Below are positions 60,346 through 64,000 of a stretch of DNA of 64,000 nucleotides, piece by piece. Positions within the stretch are counted from its first letter, which is position 1. The number at the start of each line of letters is the position of its first letter. Source of the stretch: Halomonas sp. (GTDB lineage: Bacteria; Pseudomonadota; Gammaproteobacteria; Pseudomonadales; Halomonadaceae); contig JAFWFN010000019.1 of the NCBI GenBank assembly GCA_017515565.1, positions 17,785 through 81,784 of the forward strand, in the 5' to 3' direction. Under the pieces are notes generated by a model. That model did no database searches and was not told the origin of the DNA. It saw only the letters and a program-made list of their open reading frames with translations. A program made the translations under genes and the position numbers.

Positions 60346-61950
60346 TTAATTCCGCAGGTTCAAAATAGTGTCCATAATGGTACCCGCGGTATCGATAACC
60401 CGAGCATTTGCTTGGTAAAACTGTTGATAACGAATTAAGTTAGCCGCCTCTTCATCAAGATTAACCCCCGACTCTGACTGCTGAACAGCTCTTAGTTGAT
60501 CGGTAAGGCCTTGCCGCGCTTCTAAATTAACTTGTGTAATATTCGTGCGGTTGCCCACATCACTCACAATGGCACCGTAGGCACCGCTGACCGATGCATT
60601 GCCACCAACAATATTTTGACTTTGCAGGCTCTGCAGGGCCAAGGCATTACGGTTATCACCCGAAAAAGCTTCTTCACCCGCGGCAATTTTATCCACTTCA
60701 GAAATTGCCAATTCCATACCCGCGGCAGCACGGCGGACAGGCTGAACCTCGAAGCGATCCCCGTTTTCCAAACCCCCACCAAACGTCATAGTAACGCCGC
60801 CGAAGGAGAGTTGATCGTTATCTCGCTCAAACGCTACGGCGGCTCCGGTGTCATTGCGAATAACTGAAAAATCAGTGCCATCGTAACTGACGGTATAATC
60901 AGTAGCGCGTAGCTGCCCGATGTTATCGGTATCGAATTCAATCAATGCGGTGGCACTGTTTTCAGGAGAGCCGTATACCTGTGGTTCTCGGACGCGGAAA
61001 AAGTCTTCTCCATCATCACCATTTAAATCAATACCTTGCTTATGCTGCTCATTGAAGGCGACAGAAAGAGAAACTGCTAACTGCCCAATTTGATTCTGAG
61101 TTTTATCAAGGGTTTCAGCGCGGAAAGTCATAAGTCCACCCAAGGCGCCGCCCTGTACGGTCGACTCGTCAAGCTGAACCAAGTTACCGCCACCGTCACG
61201 ATAGCCCACAACAGTGCGCTGGGGATCATTCTCAGCCTGAACCGCTTCAAGTTTAAATGAGCTTGTGCCCGTCACTAAGGGCTGCCCATTAGGCAGGCTG
61301 ATGTTATAGGTTTTACCATCCTGTACATTCAGCCGGAGGTCCATACGCTCATTAAGCTCCGACACCAAGTGATCCCGCTGGTTGAGCAGGCTGTTGGGGG
61401 CTTCGCCAGTACGCGCACGGGCCAAGACTATCTCCCGATTTAAACCGGCAATCTGCTCAACCGTGTTGTTAACTTGGGTAATCTCATCTTTAATCTGATT
61501 ATTAATGTTGCTCTGCATATCCTGCAGATAACCATCAAACGATCGGAACTGGGCGCTTAAGGTGTTCGCAGTACCCAATACGCCCTGGCGGGCAGCGGGG
61601 TCTGAAGGTGAACTCGCCAAATCTTCTAATGAAGAGAAAAATGACTGCATTAAGGGCGATAAGCCAGCGGCACGGTCAGCAAGCAGGTTATCAATTTGCG
61701 AAACCTGATTATTGTAAGTGCTCAAAGCGCTTGACTGTGTCTTGGCATTATTCAGCTGATTTGCGACATACGTATTGAACTGGCGCTCGATATCATTAAC
61801 ACGAACACCGCCCCCTATGCGTCCTTCACCAAGCTGTGTTAGTTCGCGATTATAGCTAGGCGTGTACACATTGCTAATATTGTTACTGGTTGTATTGAGG
61901 GCATTCTGCGCCGCGTTTAAGCCGCTTAAGCCGATCGAAAACATGCTCAT
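60346..61950 (-). CDS. flgK: Hook-associated protein 1 FlgK
   Basis: IGLSGLNAAQ.ALNTTSNNISN...SGVNLDEEAANL..YQQ.Y.ANA. Confidence 0.98.
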   Translation of the reverse strand: MSMFSIGLSGLNAAQNALNTTSNNISNVYTPSYNRELTQLGEGRIGGGVRVNDIERQFNTYVANQLNNAKTQSSALSTYNNQVSQIDNLLADRAAGLSPLMQSFFSSLEDLASSPSDPAARQGVLGTANTLSAQFRSFDGYLQDMQSNINNQIKDEITQVNNTVEQIAGLNREIVLARARTGEAPNSLLNQRDHLVSELNERMDLRLNVQDGKTYNISLPNGQPLVTGTSSFKLEAVQAENDPQRTVVGYRDGGGNLVQLDESTVQGGALGGLMTFRAETLDKTQNQIGQLAVSLSVAFNEQHKQGIDLNGDDGEDFFRVREPQVYGSPENSATALIEFDTDNIGQLRATDYTVSYDGTDFSVIRNDTGAAVAFERDNDQLSFGGVTMTFGGGLENGDRFEVQPVRRAAAGMELAISEVDKIAAGEEAFSGDNRNALALQSLQSQNIVGGNASVSGAYGAIVSDVGNRTNITQVNLEARQGLTDQLRAVQQSESGVNLDEEAANLIRYQQFYQANARVIDTAGTIMDTILNLRN

Positions 61951-61978
61951 GGTTCACTTCCTTAGGCCGATAACTTCT

Positions 61979-62005
61979 TTATCGGCAGCGCGCAGAAAAA
62001 CTTGA
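61979..62005 (-). promoter_or_regulatory. sigma28 promoter of flgKL
   Basis: TCAAGTTT-N11-GCCGATAA. Confidence 0.88.
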
Positions 62006-62018
62006 ATTGCTAACGGCG

Positions 62019-63059
62019 TCAACGTGCATCCGCCAACAGGTTGTGCCCTGGATTCAGCGGCCCCATGGTATTCATAACGGCAACCAGTTTGTCGGCATAC
62101 AGGGGGTCTGTCGCATAACCACCCCGTTGTAATTCGCGTGCGGCTTGCTCCGCATTAGCGGCTTGCACCACACCGGCATAGCGGGGGTTATTACCAATCA
62201 AGTTCGCGTAGTCGGTAAAAGCGTGTTCAAACGAGTCATAAACACGGAAGGTGTCCACCATCTGTGTCCGGCGGCCATTGATATATTCATGGGTAACGAT
62301 ATCGGTGGTTTTACCCTGCCACTGGCTGCCTGCTTTTATACCAAATAAGTTATGGCTGTTACTGCCTTGGCGGGTAGCAATCTCGTGTCGACCCCAGCCT
62401 GTCTCCAACGCCGCTTGCGCTAAAATCAGTTCGGCAGGCACCCCACTTGCCTGGCTAGCTGCCTGGGCAGGCGCGGCGAGCTTTATCATAAACCGCTGCA
62501 CATGCTCAGGGGCGTTAGAGAAGCTAGGTAATTCAGTGGCTTGTGCATCGCTAACTTCAGCACTTGCGCCAGGGCTGGGCTCCACCGAGGAGCGCTGTCT
62601 AACTACCTCTAACTCAGATAAGAAGCGTCCTCCGGTTTCACTCGCACCTTGTGGCTGCAAGGGCCCATCCAGCACACGCGGCGTCCCGCGGGGAATACCT
62701 GCAATCAGCGCCTGCAGCTCCTGATCCTGGTTCGCACTGTTCGCTGTACTACCAACGGCCCCTTGGCGCTGTAGCTGTTCCACCAGCATGTCCGCTAGCC
62801 CCATCCCTTTAGATGAGATCACCTGCGACCACTGCTGATCCAGCATTTGCTGGTAGGTGTCAGTGGTCGAACTGTTTAATAAGCCTGAGGAAGGAACGGC
62901 ATCGCGCATGCTTTTCATCATCATTTGCACGAAAAGCGCTTCAAACTGCTGCGCAGCGCCATGCACACCTGCTTCTGGATCTACTCGCGCATTATGCTGT
63001 AAGCGCTGAAAACCATTCATATCCAGGGCAAACTGACTGGTCATATCGGCCATGCTCAT
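62019..63059 (-). CDS. flgJ: Rod assembly protein/peptidoglycan hydrolase FlgJ
   Basis: AAQQFEALFVQMMMKSMR; QAALETGWG, NLFGIKA, GYATDP.YA.KL. Confidence 0.97.
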   Translation of the reverse strand: MSMADMTSQFALDMNGFQRLQHNARVDPEAGVHGAAQQFEALFVQMMMKSMRDAVPSSGLLNSSTTDTYQQMLDQQWSQVISSKGMGLADMLVEQLQRQGAVGSTANSANQDQELQALIAGIPRGTPRVLDGPLQPQGASETGGRFLSELEVVRQRSSVEPSPGASAEVSDAQATELPSFSNAPEHVQRFMIKLAAPAQAASQASGVPAELILAQAALETGWGRHEIATRQGSNSHNLFGIKAGSQWQGKTTDIVTHEYINGRRTQMVDTFRVYDSFEHAFTDYANLIGNNPRYAGVVQAANAEQAARELQRGGYATDPLYADKLVAVMNTMGPLNPGHNLLADAR

Positions 63060-64000
63060 TAGATAACCTCCAGCTCAGCACGCAGTGAACCCGAGGCTTT
63101 TAGCGCTTCCAAAATAGTCATTAGATCTTGAGGCGTCGCACCGAGCGCGTTGAGTGCATTAACAACGTCGTTAAGCTGTGCACCTTCTACTATTTGTAGA
63201 TAGGCCTCTTGCTGCTCAATATCAATATCCGTGTTGGGTACAACAACCGTTTCACCTTCGCCAAAAGGCGCGGGCTGGCTAACACCAAACTGGGTATTGA
63301 TCATAATAGAAAGATTGCCGTGCGCCACAGCTGCTTGTCGAAGGGTAACGGCGCTATTCATCACCACAGACCCCGTTCGGGCATTAAGTACAACGCGAGC
63401 AGGCGCGTCCATGGGTGTCACTTGCACATTCTCTACCCTTGCCATGAAATTTACCCGCTCGTTGGCATCCATGGGGCCATCGAGTGCAATCACTCGGCCA
63501 TTCCGTGCGTAGGCAACCGATTGACCAAATTCGTTATTAATCGCGGTGACCACCCGCTGTGCGGTGCCAAAATCAGAGTTATTGAGCTGTAGCTCGAGCA
63601 CCCCGCCATTACCTCCCAAATTGAGCGGCACTTCTCGCTCTACAAGCGCACCATTAGGAATACGCCCCGAAGCTTGTTGATTGATCTGCACACTGCTGCC
63701 ACCCGCTTGAGCGCCGGCCCCTCCGACTAACATATTGCCCTGGGCAATGGCATAGGTATCACCATCAGCCCCTTTTAACGGTGTCATCAGCAGCGTGCCG
63801 CCTCGAAGGCTGCGGGCATTGGCAATAGACGAAACCACTATGTCTAAGCGTTGGCCTGGGCGAGAGAAAGGAGGCAAGTCAGCCGTGACCATAACCGCAG
63901 CCACGTTACGCAGCTGTAGATTAGTGCCCGGCGGTACGGTTACCCCAAGCTGCGACAACATATTGGTCAAACTTTGACTGGTAAATGGCGCCTGAGTGGT
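63059..64000 (-). CDS. flgI: P-ring protein FlgI, 3' part (start lies beyond the window)
   Basis: QAPFTSQSLTNMLSQLGV, NVAAVMVTA.LPPF, SLRGGTLLMTPL, GSLRAELEVI. Confidence 0.97.
   Translation of the reverse strand, partial: TTQAPFTSQSLTNMLSQLGVTVPPGTNLQLRNVAAVMVTADLPPFSRPGQRLDIVVSSIANARSLRGGTLLMTPLKGADGDTYAIAQGNMLVGGAGAQAGGSSVQINQQASGRIPNGALVEREVPLNLGGNGGVLELQLNNSDFGTAQRVVTAINNEFGQSVAYARNGRVIALDGPMDANERVNFMARVENVQVTPMDAPARVVLNARTGSVVMNSAVTLRQAAVAHGNLSIMINTQFGVSQPAPFGEGETVVVPNTDIDIEQQEAYLQIVEGAQLNDVVNALNALGATPQDLMTILEALKASGSLRAELEVI

Noticed and set aside
1-64000. CRISPR array, rRNA/tRNA, IS/transposase, prophage or defence genes
   Set aside because: No regularly spaced repeats, RNA-gene signatures or transposase/integrase motifs seen; nearly all sequence is accounted for by recognisable CDS.

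Overview
Chromosomal window from a gammaproteobacterium; gene content and protein sequences look Halomonadaceae-like (Halomonas/Vreelandella; inference, no database search). 1-14.3 kb is mostly housekeeping: a truncated PAS-GGDEF gene, fabAB, plsC, an RmlD-like gene, ssb, an MFS transporter, uvrA, a Crp/Fnr regulator, split class II ribonucleotide reductase nrdJa/nrdJb and a secreted unknown. 14.3-64 kb is a large flagellar/chemotaxis region under FlhDC and FliA control. It comprises flhB-flhA-flhF-(FlhG remnant)-flhE-fliA, cheZY/MCP/cheBR/aer/MCP/cheWA, motBA, flhCD, fliST, flaG, fliE-R and flgLKJI. I saw no rRNA, tRNA, CRISPR array or transposase. The best candidate for an undescribed system is the module at the end of the flhB-fliA run of genes. 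It has a second stator with Na+-type (PomA/MotS-like) signatures. That is followed by a bacteriophytochrome-fold diguanylate cyclase that has lost the bilin-attachment Cys, the pocket His and the PRxSF tongue motif, and then a Cache-PAS-GGDEF-EAL protein. A PilZ brake protein fused to a degenerate HD-GYP domain is a plausible output. Also unusual: FlhF with a ~350-aa C-terminal extension paired with a FlhG remnant lacking the P-loop, fliC and fliD missing from their usual place, a structured sigma28 leader upstream of fliS, an Aer-type receptor with an added periplasmic domain, a receptor with almost no periplasmic domain, and a triplicated N-terminal motif in FliN. All motif calls come from reading the sequence by eye.
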